Assembly: GCA_035561095.1 (NCBI GenBank)
Contig: DATMYE010000026.1
Location: 7,917-71,916 of the forward strand
Direction of reading: 5' to 3'
DNA: 64,000 nucleotides
From: Clostridia bacterium
GTDB taxonomy: Bacteria > Bacillota > Clostridia > Christensenellales > CAG-138
Part shown: in pieces, positions 44,479 to 54,645 of the stretch
Position numbering within the stretch: position 1 is the first letter of the stretch
How the letters are laid out: every line of letters starts with the position of its first letter
The notes under the pieces: generated by a model
Seen by the model: the letters and a program-made list of their open reading frames with translations, nothing else
The model's database searches: none
Told to the model about the DNA's origin: nothing
Position numbers and translations under genes: made by a program

Positions 44479-45158
44479 GCGAAATCACGAAGAAGGTCGT
44501 TCTGGTGAGCGCAAGCCCGAAGGTCGATCAGGATCGGGCTGTTTCCGCGTTTCTTGCACGGCACGGCGAAGCAAAACTTTTATTATCAGATGATCTCGCA
44601 GTTGAGACCGTCAAGGTTCGTCAAACGCTCATGCACCACGAAACGGAGCAGGCGTTTGAAACCCTCCAATACGCGGATGCGATCGTGTTTATCTTCCCGC
44701 TCTACTTCTTCTGCATGCCCGCGATGCTGACTAGGTTTTTGCAGGACTTCGTGATGAAGTATCCTGCTTCTGACAAATCGCGCGGTGTCTACGCGATCAT
44801 CAACTGCGGGTTTCCGGAGTCGGACATCAACGCGGAGGCCATGCGCGTTGTCGAATGCTTCTGCGTGCAAACCAAGCGGGAATTCCTCGGCGGCTTGATG
44901 ATCGGCGGCGGCGGAATGGTGATTGGAGCCGCAGATGCGCCGTTCATGCGCCCGATTTTTGATTTGGTCGATGGCTTGTTTGCGCGTGTATCTCGCGATA
45001 CGCTTTTAGGCCAGCCGGAGCCCGCGCAGATTGCGGAGGCTTCTCCGAAGTTCCCCAGATGGCTCTACTATGTCGGTGGAAACGCGGGCTGGCATTCCAT
45101 GGCGCGGCAGCATCACATCAAGCCTAAAGACATCCGAAGAAAACCGTATCAACGATAA
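44475..45158 (+). CDS. Flavodoxin-like fold NAD(P)H-dependent oxidoreductase family protein
   Basis: KKVVLVSASPK N-terminus and a DAIVFIFPLYFFCMPAMLTRFLQ segment. ATGA overlap with the upstream gene. Confidence 0.7.
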   Translation: MSEITKKVVLVSASPKVDQDRAVSAFLARHGEAKLLLSDDLAVETVKVRQTLMHHETEQAFETLQYADAIVFIFPLYFFCMPAMLTRFLQDFVMKYPASDKSRGVYAIINCGFPESDINAEAMRVVECFCVQTKREFLGGLMIGGGGMVIGAADAPFMRPIFDLVDGLFARVSRDTLLGQPEPAQIAEASPKFPRWLYYVGGNAGWHSMARQHHIKPKDIRRKPYQR

Positions 45159-45163
45159 TCAGA

Positions 45164-45195
45164 AAGACCGCCGGAAAAACCGACGGTCTTTTTAT
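45164..45195. terminator. Bidirectional terminator between convergent genes
   Basis: AAGACCGCCGG-aaaaa-CCGACGGTCTT followed by TTTT. Confidence 0.7.
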
Positions 45196-45215
45196 ACGGG
45201 TTGAAGCGGTTTGGT

Positions 45216-46574
45216 TTAGAGAGACTTCTTCTCTTTTGCGAAGAATGCGCCGAGACCCATGATGACGGCGAACACGACAAGGTACCAGACTACCGCCATT
45301 TTGTGCGACACGATCGCAGCATAGACCATGAACAGGCAGCCTGCCACGCCGAGCACTGGCATCAGAATGCGCTTGAAGAAGCCGAGGTCCTTCTGCTTGA
45401 CGAGGAACGCGATAAACATCGGGATGTACATAGCGTACACGGTGATGATCGGCAGCTCCGAAGAGTCAAACGACAGCTTGCCAAACCACGGCACTTCGAC
45501 GAGGTTTGCGCCAAAGAAATAGGCAAGCCAGAGCACGCACAGGAGCAGACCCAGCACGGACGAGTTGGTCGCCATGTTGGTCTTCGGGCTGACTTCGCAA
45601 TAGACTTCCGGCTGCGGGCCGACTTTGCGGGCGGCCAGCGAGTAGAAGCCGCGCGTGCAGCCCATCATGAGGCCGTTGAGCGTGCCGAGGCAGGAGATGA
45701 TGACGAACACGAACAGCAGCGTGCCGCCCACGCTGGAGAACAGCGTCGAGAACGCAACCTTTGCGCCTTCCTGACCGTTTTCCATCAGAGTTGCGTTCGG
45801 AACCACGCCGGCAAGACCGACATAGTACAGAATATAGACCACGATGACGATCGCGGCACCGGCAACCAGCGCGATGGGCAGGTTCTTTTTCGCATCCTTG
45901 AGCTCAGCGTTGATGCTGGTCGCGATGACCCAGCCTTCATATGCAAACGCGGTTGCGCAGACAGCGGTCAGCAGCGCGCCGCTCTTGGAGGTGACTTCGG
46001 TGACCGCGTTGGAGAAATTCTGCACGGTCATGCCGTTGGCAAGACCCACGATGACGCCGACCACGCCCATCAACACGAGCGGGATGAGCTTGATGACCGT
46101 CGTGGTGACCTGGAACTTACCCGCGATCTTCGGCGAGAGCGCGTTGATGGCGTAGCTCGCGATGAGGAACACCGCGGAGAGCACCATGCACTCGGGTCCT
46201 ACGATCGACCAGCCGAAGAGAACCGCGGTGTAGCGCGCGGAAACCCACGCGAGCACGCTGGTCAGCGTCGGATAATAGATGGTGGCGAAGAACCAGCCCA
46301 TCATATAGCCGTAGGTTTTGCCGACGGTGACTTCCGAATAGTCCACGACGCCGTTGACATACTCGTACTTGGTCGCCATGACGGCGAACACGTAGGAGCA
46401 GATCATCATGATCACGCCGCCGATGATCCACGCGAGAATGCCCAGCGGCAGGTTGCCGCCGGTGACGCCGAGGATCTTTTCCGCTTTAAAGAAAACGCCG
46501 CTTCCAATGACGATACCCACGACCATCGAAATAGCGGTAAACAGGCCATATTTCTTTTTGAGTTGTGTTTCCAT
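45216..46574 (-). CDS. APC-family amino acid permease
   Basis: About 12 predicted hydrophobic helices and N-terminus METQLKKKYGLFTAISMVVGIVIGSGVF. Start trimmed to 46574. Confidence 0.88.
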   Translation of the reverse strand: METQLKKKYGLFTAISMVVGIVIGSGVFFKAEKILGVTGGNLPLGILAWIIGGVIMMICSYVFAVMATKYEYVNGVVDYSEVTVGKTYGYMMGWFFATIYYPTLTSVLAWVSARYTAVLFGWSIVGPECMVLSAVFLIASYAINALSPKIAGKFQVTTTVIKLIPLVLMGVVGVIVGLANGMTVQNFSNAVTEVTSKSGALLTAVCATAFAYEGWVIATSINAELKDAKKNLPIALVAGAAIVIVVYILYYVGLAGVVPNATLMENGQEGAKVAFSTLFSSVGGTLLFVFVIISCLGTLNGLMMGCTRGFYSLAARKVGPQPEVYCEVSPKTNMATNSSVLGLLLCVLWLAYFFGANLVEVPWFGKLSFDSSELPIITVYAMYIPMFIAFLVKQKDLGFFKRILMPVLGVAGCLFMVYAAIVSHKMAVVWYLVVFAVIMGLGAFFAKEKKSL

Positions 46575-46629
46575 TACCCAATCCCCTTTAAAAATGTTGA
46601 TGATTAGTACGCTGTTCAACCCCGTTACA

Positions 46630-46658
46630 TTTATACAGTATGCAGGATGTGTTGTCAA
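46630..46658 (-). promoter_or_regulatory. Permease promoter
   Basis: Minus strand TTGACA-17 nt-TATAAA. Confidence 0.6.
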
Positions 46659-46728
46659 TAAACTTCATCCGATCCCCTAAAACTTCTTTTCGCGACAGTT
46701 TCACATCGATCTGTGGCGGTTCTTTTCG

Positions 46729-46757
46729 TTGACGTGATTGGGTAGTAAAGCTAAAAT
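46729..46757 (+). promoter_or_regulatory. Alpha-galactosidase promoter
   Basis: TTGACG-17 nt-TAAAAT. Confidence 0.6.
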
Positions 46758-46812
46758 TGAACTAGATTCATCCTCCTGTTATTGAGACGCAACTGGTCGG
46801 GAAAGGACGCAT

Positions 46813-49149
46813 ATGATCGCCTATTCAGACAATATGTTTACGCTGGAGACCGAACACACCAGCTATCTGTTTCGCGTGACGCCGTTCGGGCACCTCGAGC
46901 ACATCTATTACGGCAACCGCATTCCGCAGAACGAAATCGAGCCGCTGCTCACCAAACGCATCATTATGCACGGCAGCTCGGTGATGTATTCGACCAAAGA
47001 CGATACCTACTGCCTCGACAATATCCCTCTGGAGTGGACCGGAGTGGGCTGCGGGGACTATCGCCAGACGCCGATCGAAGTCAAGCTCGCGGACGGAACG
47101 TTCCACACGGATTTCGTCTATGAGTCGCACGAGATCGTCGCCGGTTGCATTCCTATGGAGACTCTGCCCAACGCATATGAAGAAGAGAACACGGCGCAAA
47201 CGCTCTGTATAAAGCTGAATGACGCAGTCGCTGGACTGCAGCTGCTGCTCTACTATACCGTCTTCCCTGCCGTCGATGTGATCTCGCGTCGCGCGGTGCT
47301 TTGCAATACCGGCACTGGCGCGGTCTCCGTGCGCCGGATCATGAGCATGCAGCTCGATCTGGACAATGAAGGATTCTCCCTTGTGACCTTCGACGGCGCA
47401 TGGGCAAAGGAGACGCACCGGCACGACCGCAAGCTGCAATACGGACAATATGTCAACTCCTCCGTCACCGGCGCTTCCAGCAATCGGCACAATCCGGGGT
47501 TCCTGCTTTATGCCGACGGCGCAACGCAATCCCACGGGAACGTCTATGGCTTCAACCTTGTCTACAGCGGCAACCACATCGGGATTGCGGAGCGTTCCCC
47601 GTTTGATCTCGTGCGTGTGCAGCTCGGCGTCCATCCGCAGAGCTTTGATTGGACGCTGGCGTCCGGCGAACGGTTCGAAACGCCGGAGGCGGTGATGACG
47701 TTCTCACCGGACGGCTTCAACGGCATGAGCGCGCATTTTCACGACTTCGTGAACGCGCATATCGTCCGCGGAGACTGGAAGGGTAAAGAGCGTCCGGTGC
47801 TCATCAACAACTGGGAAGCCTGTTTTTTTCGGTTTACCCGGAGTAAGCTTCTCCGTCTTGCGCGGCAGGCAAGGCGGCTCGGTGTAGAGCTGTTCGTCCT
47901 CGACGACGGCTGGTTCGGCAAGCGCAACGACGACCATGCGGGCCTTGGCGACTACGACGTGAACACAAAGAAGTTGCCCCGGGGCATGAAATCCTTTGCC
48001 GATGAAATCCGCGCACTAGGTCTGCTGTTCGGTCTCTGGTTTGAGCCGGAGATGGTCAACCCCGACAGCGACCTCTACCGTACGCACCCCGAATACGCGG
48101 TCGCCACGCCCGGGCGAGAGCCGCTGCTCGGCAGAAATCAACTGGTGCTCGATCTATGCAATCCCGCCGTGCGGGACTATATTGTGCATAACGTGTCCGC
48201 GATTCTCGACGACGCGAAGATCGACTATGTCAAATGGGACATGAACCGCCACATCAGCGACGCGTGTTCCCCCGTTCTAGCAAATCAGGGAGAGTTTTAT
48301 CATCGTTACATCATCGGGCTTTACGATGTGCTCGCGCGCATCTTCCGCCCGCGTCCGCAAATTCTGCTAGAGTCCTGCTCCAGCGGCGGAAATCGTTTCG
48401 ACCTCGGCATGCTCTGCTTCTCTCCGCAGGTTTGGTCGAGCGACGACACGGATGCCGTTGAACGACTGAAGATTCAGGAGGGTTTGAGCTATCTCTATCC
48501 CCTCTCCGCGATGGGTGCACACGTCTCCGCCTCGCCCAACCAACAGACGCTGCGGCAAACGCCGATTGCGACGCGGTTCAATGTTGCTAGCTTCGGCTGC
48601 CTCGGCTATGAACTTGATCTCAAGCACCTGACGATGCTCGAACGCAAGGAGGTCCGCGAACAGATCGCCTACTATCTTGCGCATCGCAGAACGCTGCAAT
48701 ACGGCAGATTCTTGCGCCATGACACGCCGAAGACCAACAAAGTCTACTGGCAGACCGTGTCCAAGGATCGGCGATATTCTGTTGCCGGATCGTTTCAAAC
48801 GCTCTCGCAGGCAGCGGAGAGCAACGACGTTCTTCCGCTTACAGGGCTGGATCAAACAAAACAGTACCGCATGCAGACCAAGCCGCAGCGCATCTTCATC
48901 CGCAGGTTCGGCGGACTCGTCAACCACCTGCTACCGTTTACGATCAACCCAAACGGGACGTTGTTCCGCTGGACAGATCGGCTGTATGCCATGCAGGACT
49001 GTGTGGAGACGTATTCTGCAAGCGGGCAAACGCTGATGCAGGGTGTACACCTGAACAACCAGTTTGTGGCGACAGGCTACAATGCAAAGGTTCGTATGCT
49101 CGGTGATTTCGGCTCAAACTTGTATGAAATTGACCCAATTGAAGAGTGA
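46813..49149 (+). CDS. Alpha-galactosidase (GH36)
   Basis: 778 aa with DYVKWDMNR and CSSGGNRFD motifs. Confidence 0.92.
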   Translation: MIAYSDNMFTLETEHTSYLFRVTPFGHLEHIYYGNRIPQNEIEPLLTKRIIMHGSSVMYSTKDDTYCLDNIPLEWTGVGCGDYRQTPIEVKLADGTFHTDFVYESHEIVAGCIPMETLPNAYEEENTAQTLCIKLNDAVAGLQLLLYYTVFPAVDVISRRAVLCNTGTGAVSVRRIMSMQLDLDNEGFSLVTFDGAWAKETHRHDRKLQYGQYVNSSVTGASSNRHNPGFLLYADGATQSHGNVYGFNLVYSGNHIGIAERSPFDLVRVQLGVHPQSFDWTLASGERFETPEAVMTFSPDGFNGMSAHFHDFVNAHIVRGDWKGKERPVLINNWEACFFRFTRSKLLRLARQARRLGVELFVLDDGWFGKRNDDHAGLGDYDVNTKKLPRGMKSFADEIRALGLLFGLWFEPEMVNPDSDLYRTHPEYAVATPGREPLLGRNQLVLDLCNPAVRDYIVHNVSAILDDAKIDYVKWDMNRHISDACSPVLANQGEFYHRYIIGLYDVLARIFRPRPQILLESCSSGGNRFDLGMLCFSPQVWSSDDTDAVERLKIQEGLSYLYPLSAMGAHVSASPNQQTLRQTPIATRFNVASFGCLGYELDLKHLTMLERKEVREQIAYYLAHRRTLQYGRFLRHDTPKTNKVYWQTVSKDRRYSVAGSFQTLSQAAESNDVLPLTGLDQTKQYRMQTKPQRIFIRRFGGLVNHLLPFTINPNGTLFRWTDRLYAMQDCVETYSASGQTLMQGVHLNNQFVATGYNAKVRMLGDFGSNLYEIDPIEE

Positions 49150-49290
49150 AAGTAAACCTATTCGTGCTTGAATTGTACTATAAATACAAGAAACACTTGC
49201 AAAATCACAAAATTTCAGATTAAATAGACAGGACAGCAGCATTGTGACGCACAATCCAATCGCATGCGTCCTGTTTTGCTGCTGTGCGGG

Positions 49291-49319
49291 TTGACGCTCA
49301 CCCCCGCGCCTGCTAGAAT
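49291..49319 (+). promoter_or_regulatory. degV-family gene promoter
   Basis: TTGACG-17 nt-TAGAAT. Confidence 0.6.
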
Positions 49320-49351
49320 AAGAAAACTCTTTTTCAGGAGGAAACTTGTGC

Positions 49352-50242
49352 ATGCCGAATCCAAAGATCATACTCAGCGCGGATACCCCCTGCGACATCG
49401 GAGACGAGCTCAAAGCGCGTTATCAGGTATCTCTCTATCCGCTTCATATCATCCTCGATGGAAAGCAATATACCGACGGACTGGACATCACCTCCGCGCA
49501 GCTCTATGAGGCATGGTGGAATCACAAACTCCTGCCGCGGACGGCTGCGATCAATCCCGAAGAATATGAAAGCTATTTTAGAGGATATCTGGAGCAGGGA
49601 TTTGACGTGATTCACGTTTCCCTCGGCTCCGGGCTTTCCAGTTCACATGCGAACGCGCAGATCGCCGCAAACTCGCTCAAGGACAAGGGAAATGTCTATG
49701 TGATCGACTCCTGCTCGCTCTCGACCGGATTCGGCCTGCTCGTCTGCGAAGCGGGCGAGCGCATCAAGGCCGGACTGGCAGCAAATCAGATTGTCGAGGA
49801 AGTGTCCGCTCTTTCGCAGGATACGCGCGCAAGCTTCATCCTCGATACGCTGGAGTTCATGCGCGCGGGCGGCAGATGCTCCAGCATCACGCAGATCGGC
49901 GCCGCGATGCTGAACCTCAAGCCCACGATCATCGTCAAAAACGATCGTCAGGGCAGCATGGTGGTCGGTAAGAAATATATGGGCAAGCTTGCGCCTTCTC
50001 TGATGAAGTATGTCGACGATCAGCTGAAGGATCGTAACGATCTCGTGCTGGATCGCGTGTTCGTGACGCATTCCGGCATGGACGATCCCGAGATCATCGA
50101 GAAAGTCGTTTCCCGCATCAAAGAGCTACAGCCATTCAAGGAAATCTTCGTCACGCAAGCCAGCTGCACGATCAGCTGCCATTGCGGGTCGAATACACTC
50201 GGCGTCCTCTTCCTCACCAAGCCCGGCTCGGTGGCAAACTAA
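49352..50242 (+). CDS. DegV family fatty-acid-binding protein
   Basis: KIILSADTPCDI N-terminus and length typical of DegV. GGAGG lies 10 nt before the ATG at 49352. Confidence 0.9.
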   Translation: MPNPKIILSADTPCDIGDELKARYQVSLYPLHIILDGKQYTDGLDITSAQLYEAWWNHKLLPRTAAINPEEYESYFRGYLEQGFDVIHVSLGSGLSSSHANAQIAANSLKDKGNVYVIDSCSLSTGFGLLVCEAGERIKAGLAANQIVEEVSALSQDTRASFILDTLEFMRAGGRCSSITQIGAAMLNLKPTIIVKNDRQGSMVVGKKYMGKLAPSLMKYVDDQLKDRNDLVLDRVFVTHSGMDDPEIIEKVVSRIKELQPFKEIFVTQASCTISCHCGSNTLGVLFLTKPGSVAN

Positions 50243-50256
50243 CAAATCAGCATAAC

Positions 50257-50284
50257 AAAAGACGGCTTACGCCGTCTTTTTGTT
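50257..50284. terminator. Bidirectional terminator
   Basis: AAAAGACGGC-ttac-GCCGTCTTTT followed by TGTTT. Confidence 0.75.
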
Positions 50285-50295
50285 TGCTTGGTTTT

Positions 50296-53118
50296 TTATA
50301 AATCGTCCCGTTCCACAATCTCGAGAAACAGTTCCGCGATCTTCGGATCGAACTGTGTGCCCGCGTTCCTGCGGATCTCCTCCATCGCTTCCGCGGGGGG
50401 AAGAGCCTTGCGGTAGATGCGGTCTTCCGTCATCGCGTCGTAGGCGTCCGCAACGGCGAGGATGCGCGAGAGAAGCGGAATCTTCTCGCCAGCAAGATGG
50501 TTGGGGTATCCGCTTCCGTCCCAGCGCTCATGATGCGTCAGAATCAGCTCTGCGATCGGCGCAAAATCGGGCGAGGACATCGCGATGCGATAGCCGATCT
50601 CCGGATGCGTCTTCATGACGACGAACTCTTCCGGCGTCAGCGGGCCGGGTTTGTTGAGAATCTGATCGCTGATGCCGATTTTCCCGATATCGTGCAGATA
50701 CGCAAACAATCTTAGCCGGTCGATATCGTCATGCGACAAACTCAGCTTTGCGCCGACGTTTGCGCAGAGATCGCCGATGCGCTTTGCATGCTCTTCTGTT
50801 TCAAAGCTGCGCGCAAACAGCGTCGCCATAATGGACGAAAGCACGGCGTTGTGATGACTCTTTTGATCGAATAACTTACGCCTCGCCATATTTGCCTCTG
50901 CATTGCGCGTTACACAAGCGAGATCATCCTCCGGCAAATCCTTTGTGTTGCCGCCGATGGAGATGTTGATAATCATCGTCTTGTCCTGCAGCACGGAGTT
51001 ATAGTGGTCAAACGCTTCTTTGAGCGCTTGCATGCGCTCCACGCAACCATGTTTATCGGTGTTTGGCAAAAGCAGTCCGAATTCATCCCCGCCGATTCGC
51101 GCGACAACCTCCTTCGGCAGGATGTTTGCCTTGATGAGCGCAGCTGTGGTTTGAATCATACGATCGCCCACATCATAACCGAACGCGTCGTTGATCAGCT
51201 TCAGGCCGTTGATATCGACAAAAACGACAGAGAGCGGCAGAGAGGATTCTTTGTTCAGTAACCTCTTCATGTTGTCGTAATGCAGCCGATTATGAAGCCC
51301 CGTCAATTGATCGTGGTTGCTTAGATACTGAATCTGCAAAAACTGAAGCTTGGATTTTGTGATATCGACGATGATGCCTTCGAGCGCTACGATCTTCCCG
51401 GTTTCGTCAGGTATGCCCTGGTTGATATCGAGCACCCATTTCCGTTCACCGGATGCCGTCAGAATTTCATACTCAAACTGATTTCCTTCATGTTCCGAGA
51501 GGTGTGTCAGGCTGTCTTCCCAGACGAGTTCGCGATACTCCGGACAGATGATATCGTTGAACGAAAGGACATTGTTGTTGATAAACTCTTCCGGATAATA
51601 CCCCGTGAGTTCAAAGCAGCCGGACGACGCAAAATAGATCGTCCAGCTTCTGTCATAAGCACAGCGGTACGCCATGCCGGGCAGGTTTGAAAGCAGTACG
51701 CTCTTGCTGCGCTCGCTTTCCTGCAAAGCCTTCATGGTCTCTCGAAGGTCGGTGACGTCCACACCGGCAGAGAGGATACCGGAGAGCTCCCCATTCACAT
51801 CCCGCAGCATCGTATTACGCCACTCGATCGTACGTTTCTCGTTGGTTGCGGTTATGATTGCATTTTCGTGCAGATCTGTGGTTGTGACATTGCCCTGATA
51901 AATGTTGCTCAGCAGTTCATATACACCTTGACGCTCTGCCTCCGGAACAAAGCGCTCAATCCAAAGCTCGCCGATGATCTGTTCTTTGGGCAACCCCAAT
52001 ATATCGCATCCGCATTGGTTGATCATCGTGACGCGGCCAACTCGATCAAACGCAACAAAGATCACTGCGGCAATTTCGAAATATGTCTGCGCGCGATCGC
52101 GTTCTTGAATTACGGTTGCTTCGGTTTGCTTGCGCTGGGTGATATCGCGCGAAATGCCGCCGACACCGCGTTTGTTATCCGCCATCTCCACGGGGAAAAT
52201 AATCGTTTCGAAATACTTTCCATCGTTTGTGTCTTCAATATAGAGTGGTTTGCCGCTGATCAATACACTCTTGTCGCGGGATTCCCAGAGCTGCGCGTCC
52301 GGCCCGGGCTTAATCTGGCTGAGCTGCTTGCCGAGGAGTTCCTCCTCCGAAACGCCGTAATAGCGCTGCATGTTGGAGTTGACCGCAATATAATGCAGCG
52401 AACTGTCTTTCATATACACAAGATCATAACTGGAGTTGAGAAATGTTTTGTAGATCGTTTCATTCTCTTTCGCCGCCTGCTGCGCCTTGACGCGTTCTGT
52501 GATATCCTGCAATGTTCCGAATACAAGCGGATAACCGGATGTTTTCTGGATCACGGCTTGAAAACGAACCTGTACGGTCCGCTCCGGCGCATTTGTCTGC
52601 AGCACACGGCACTCAAAAGAAGCGGAAGATCCGCGCATGGAGACATCTCTTGTTATTTGATACACGCGATCACGATCGTCGATATGAATATGGCGCATGA
52701 GCGTTTCATACGCAATGGGCAGCTGCGATTCATCCAGATCCAGAATGCGCAGCGCCTCTTCAGAAAACTGGAACGTTGTCGAATCCGCGTCATAGGAAAA
52801 GTTTCCGATATGCGCAATCCGCTGCGCTTCCTTCAGCGTAGCTTCGTTCTTGATGCGGCTGCTGCTTTCGTTGTAGATTTTACGAAGATTTGTGTAGACG
52901 AGAATGAAGATTAAAATCGCAGTGGCGGTCACAAACCCCATCCCTTTGGAGATGCTGATCATGAAGATCTCCGGGGTTTCGGGCTGCGTACTGGCGAGAA
53001 CGAGTTCTGAACCAATGATCCAGATATATCCGACGATCGCGTAGACAGCCGTGATGAGAAGCGATCTGCCAAGAGCGCTTCCCGACTTCTGGGTTCGCTT
53101 TTCGAAGGATTCTATCAT
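50296..53118 (-). CDS. Membrane-anchored multi-PAS sensor with GGDEF and HD-GYP domains
   Basis: N-terminal TM helices, several PAS-like repeats, RIGGDEFGLL, and HDIGK plus HHERWDGSGYP. Confidence 0.9.
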   Translation of the reverse strand: MIESFEKRTQKSGSALGRSLLITAVYAIVGYIWIIGSELVLASTQPETPEIFMISISKGMGFVTATAILIFILVYTNLRKIYNESSSRIKNEATLKEAQRIAHIGNFSYDADSTTFQFSEEALRILDLDESQLPIAYETLMRHIHIDDRDRVYQITRDVSMRGSSASFECRVLQTNAPERTVQVRFQAVIQKTSGYPLVFGTLQDITERVKAQQAAKENETIYKTFLNSSYDLVYMKDSSLHYIAVNSNMQRYYGVSEEELLGKQLSQIKPGPDAQLWESRDKSVLISGKPLYIEDTNDGKYFETIIFPVEMADNKRGVGGISRDITQRKQTEATVIQERDRAQTYFEIAAVIFVAFDRVGRVTMINQCGCDILGLPKEQIIGELWIERFVPEAERQGVYELLSNIYQGNVTTTDLHENAIITATNEKRTIEWRNTMLRDVNGELSGILSAGVDVTDLRETMKALQESERSKSVLLSNLPGMAYRCAYDRSWTIYFASSGCFELTGYYPEEFINNNVLSFNDIICPEYRELVWEDSLTHLSEHEGNQFEYEILTASGERKWVLDINQGIPDETGKIVALEGIIVDITKSKLQFLQIQYLSNHDQLTGLHNRLHYDNMKRLLNKESSLPLSVVFVDINGLKLINDAFGYDVGDRMIQTTAALIKANILPKEVVARIGGDEFGLLLPNTDKHGCVERMQALKEAFDHYNSVLQDKTMIINISIGGNTKDLPEDDLACVTRNAEANMARRKLFDQKSHHNAVLSSIMATLFARSFETEEHAKRIGDLCANVGAKLSLSHDDIDRLRLFAYLHDIGKIGISDQILNKPGPLTPEEFVVMKTHPEIGYRIAMSSPDFAPIAELILTHHERWDGSGYPNHLAGEKIPLLSRILAVADAYDAMTEDRIYRKALPPAEAMEEIRRNAGTQFDPKIAELFLEIVERDDL

Positions 53119-53267
53119 TCGGACTCCTCCGCAAGAAGATCTAAAATCTGTAAGATAGAATTCTATTCCTATTAGTAGTATTTAATAGTCTTATCATATA
53201 GTTTTGTCACATTTTATGCAATGTCAAATCGCACAAACACAGCGAAAAAATTGAAATCCGGAGTAAT

Positions 53268-53480
53268 TTAGCCGATATAAGTGAAACGAACGTAAGTTTT
53301 TCCGTCCCGTTCCACCGTTTCGTTCCACATCGAGGCAGGGCGCACCCATACCCCGTGTTCTCCATAGAGCGCGCGGTATACAACCATCGGTTCCTGCGTT
53401 TCGGAATGCTTGGCGAGATAAAGCACCTCGTACTCGTTTCCTTTGAAATGGCGATACCGCCCGATTTTGATCTCTTCCAT
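53268..53480 (-). CDS. DUF1653 family small protein
   Basis: GRYRHFKGNEYEVL...VVYRALYG pattern. Confidence 0.8.
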   Translation of the reverse strand: MEEIKIGRYRHFKGNEYEVLYLAKHSETQEPMVVYRALYGEHGVWVRPASMWNETVERDGKTYVRFTYIG

Positions 53481-53498
53481 ATGAATCTCCTCCTGTTA

Positions 53499-53843
53499 CT
53501 ATGCAACGAATACAGCCTGTATAAGAAACATGTACAGTGCTGTTCCACAGCCGATGCTGAGCATGACATTTTTGCGCCAGAGATGGATCAGCACGATAAA
53601 CGCGATCGAGATCAGCTCCGGCAGCCCGTGCGGACTAGCCAGAATCGGGACGCTCTTCAGGCAGTAGACGACAAGCAAACCCATCATCACCGGCGGCAGA
53701 ACCGTGCCAAGATAGGTGACCACCGCGGGCGGGGTCTTGCCTTCCGGAAACAGAAAAAACGGCGTAAATCGCGTCGCCATCGCGCCCAGCGCCACGGCGA
53801 GCACCGTCAGGATGTATTGAAGCGGCGTTAATGCAAGTTGCAT
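53499..53843 (-). CDS. azlD: Branched-chain amino acid transport protein AzlD
   Basis: 114-aa hydrophobic protein that overlaps the azlC end. Confidence 0.8.
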   Translation of the reverse strand: MQLALTPLQYILTVLAVALGAMATRFTPFFLFPEGKTPPAVVTYLGTVLPPVMMGLLVVYCLKSVPILASPHGLPELISIAFIVLIHLWRKNVMLSIGCGTALYMFLIQAVFVA

Positions 53844-54544
53844 AATTGCTTCCTCCCCGCGAGCAGCGAAACAAGAATCAGAAACAGCGCAGGCAGAACC
53901 ATATTATCCGCGCCGAAGACAAAGCGGGAGACGACCGCACACGCGATGCCGATCAGTCCGAGAATCCAATTCCCCTTCTTCTTCATCTGTTCCAGGAACA
54001 GCACGACGAACAGCGCGGTCAGCGCGAAGTCGAGCCCCTTCATATCAAACGGCATCAATCCGCCCAACAGTCCTCCCAGGAGCGTTCCGGTGACCCAGTA
54101 CAGATAGTCAAGCAGCGAGATGCTCAGATAGAAGTATTTCGGCTCCACACCCTCCGGCGGATTGACGGACGAAACGATGGAGAACGTCTCGTCGCAGAGC
54201 GTATAGATCAAGAACGCCTTTACCTTGCCAAAGCCGTTATATTTGCCGAGCATAGAAAGCCCGTAGAACAGGTGCCTTGCGTTCACCAGAAGACTCAGAA
54301 TCAACGCCTCCACAGGCTGAAACACGGTTGTGAGCAGCGTGATCGCGACAAACTGCATGCTGCCGCAGAACGCGACTGCGCTCATCAGCACCGACCACTG
54401 CGGGCCGTAGCCCTTCTCCTGCATCAGCATGCCGTATGCGATGCCCAGCACCAGAAAGCCCGCGAGAACAGGTAACGTATGCGGAAACGCTGCGGACAGC
54501 GCATGCCTGAATTTGTGTCGTCTTGTCAATTCCAAATCCATCAC
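53828..54544 (-). CDS. azlC: AzlC family branched-chain amino acid exporter subunit
   Basis: 238-aa polytopic membrane protein with AzlC-like sequence, adjacent to azlD. Confidence 0.85.
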   Translation of the reverse strand: MMDLELTRRHKFRHALSAAFPHTLPVLAGFLVLGIAYGMLMQEKGYGPQWSVLMSAVAFCGSMQFVAITLLTTVFQPVEALILSLLVNARHLFYGLSMLGKYNGFGKVKAFLIYTLCDETFSIVSSVNPPEGVEPKYFYLSISLLDYLYWVTGTLLGGLLGGLMPFDMKGLDFALTALFVVLFLEQMKKKGNWILGLIGIACAVVSRFVFGADNMVLPALFLILVSLLAGRKQLCNLH

Positions 54545-54574
54545 CTCTTATTATCAAACCAAAGTTACATAGAT

Positions 54575-54607
54575 ACAAAACAGCCGACGGGTGATCGCCG
54601 CCGGTTG
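54575..54607 (-). terminator. Candidate terminator after the DUF815 gene
   Basis: Minus-strand imperfect 10-bp stem CAACCGGCGG/CCGTCGGCTG followed by TTTTGT. Confidence 0.5.
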
Positions 54608-54645
54608 CTTTGTTGATCGTTCTTGTTCGGAGGCTTGATTCCGGC

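Noticed and set aside
45201-46607. 468-aa ORF on the plus strand
   Set aside because: It is antisense to the APC permease. The product is rich in Asp, His, Arg and Glu and has no motifs.
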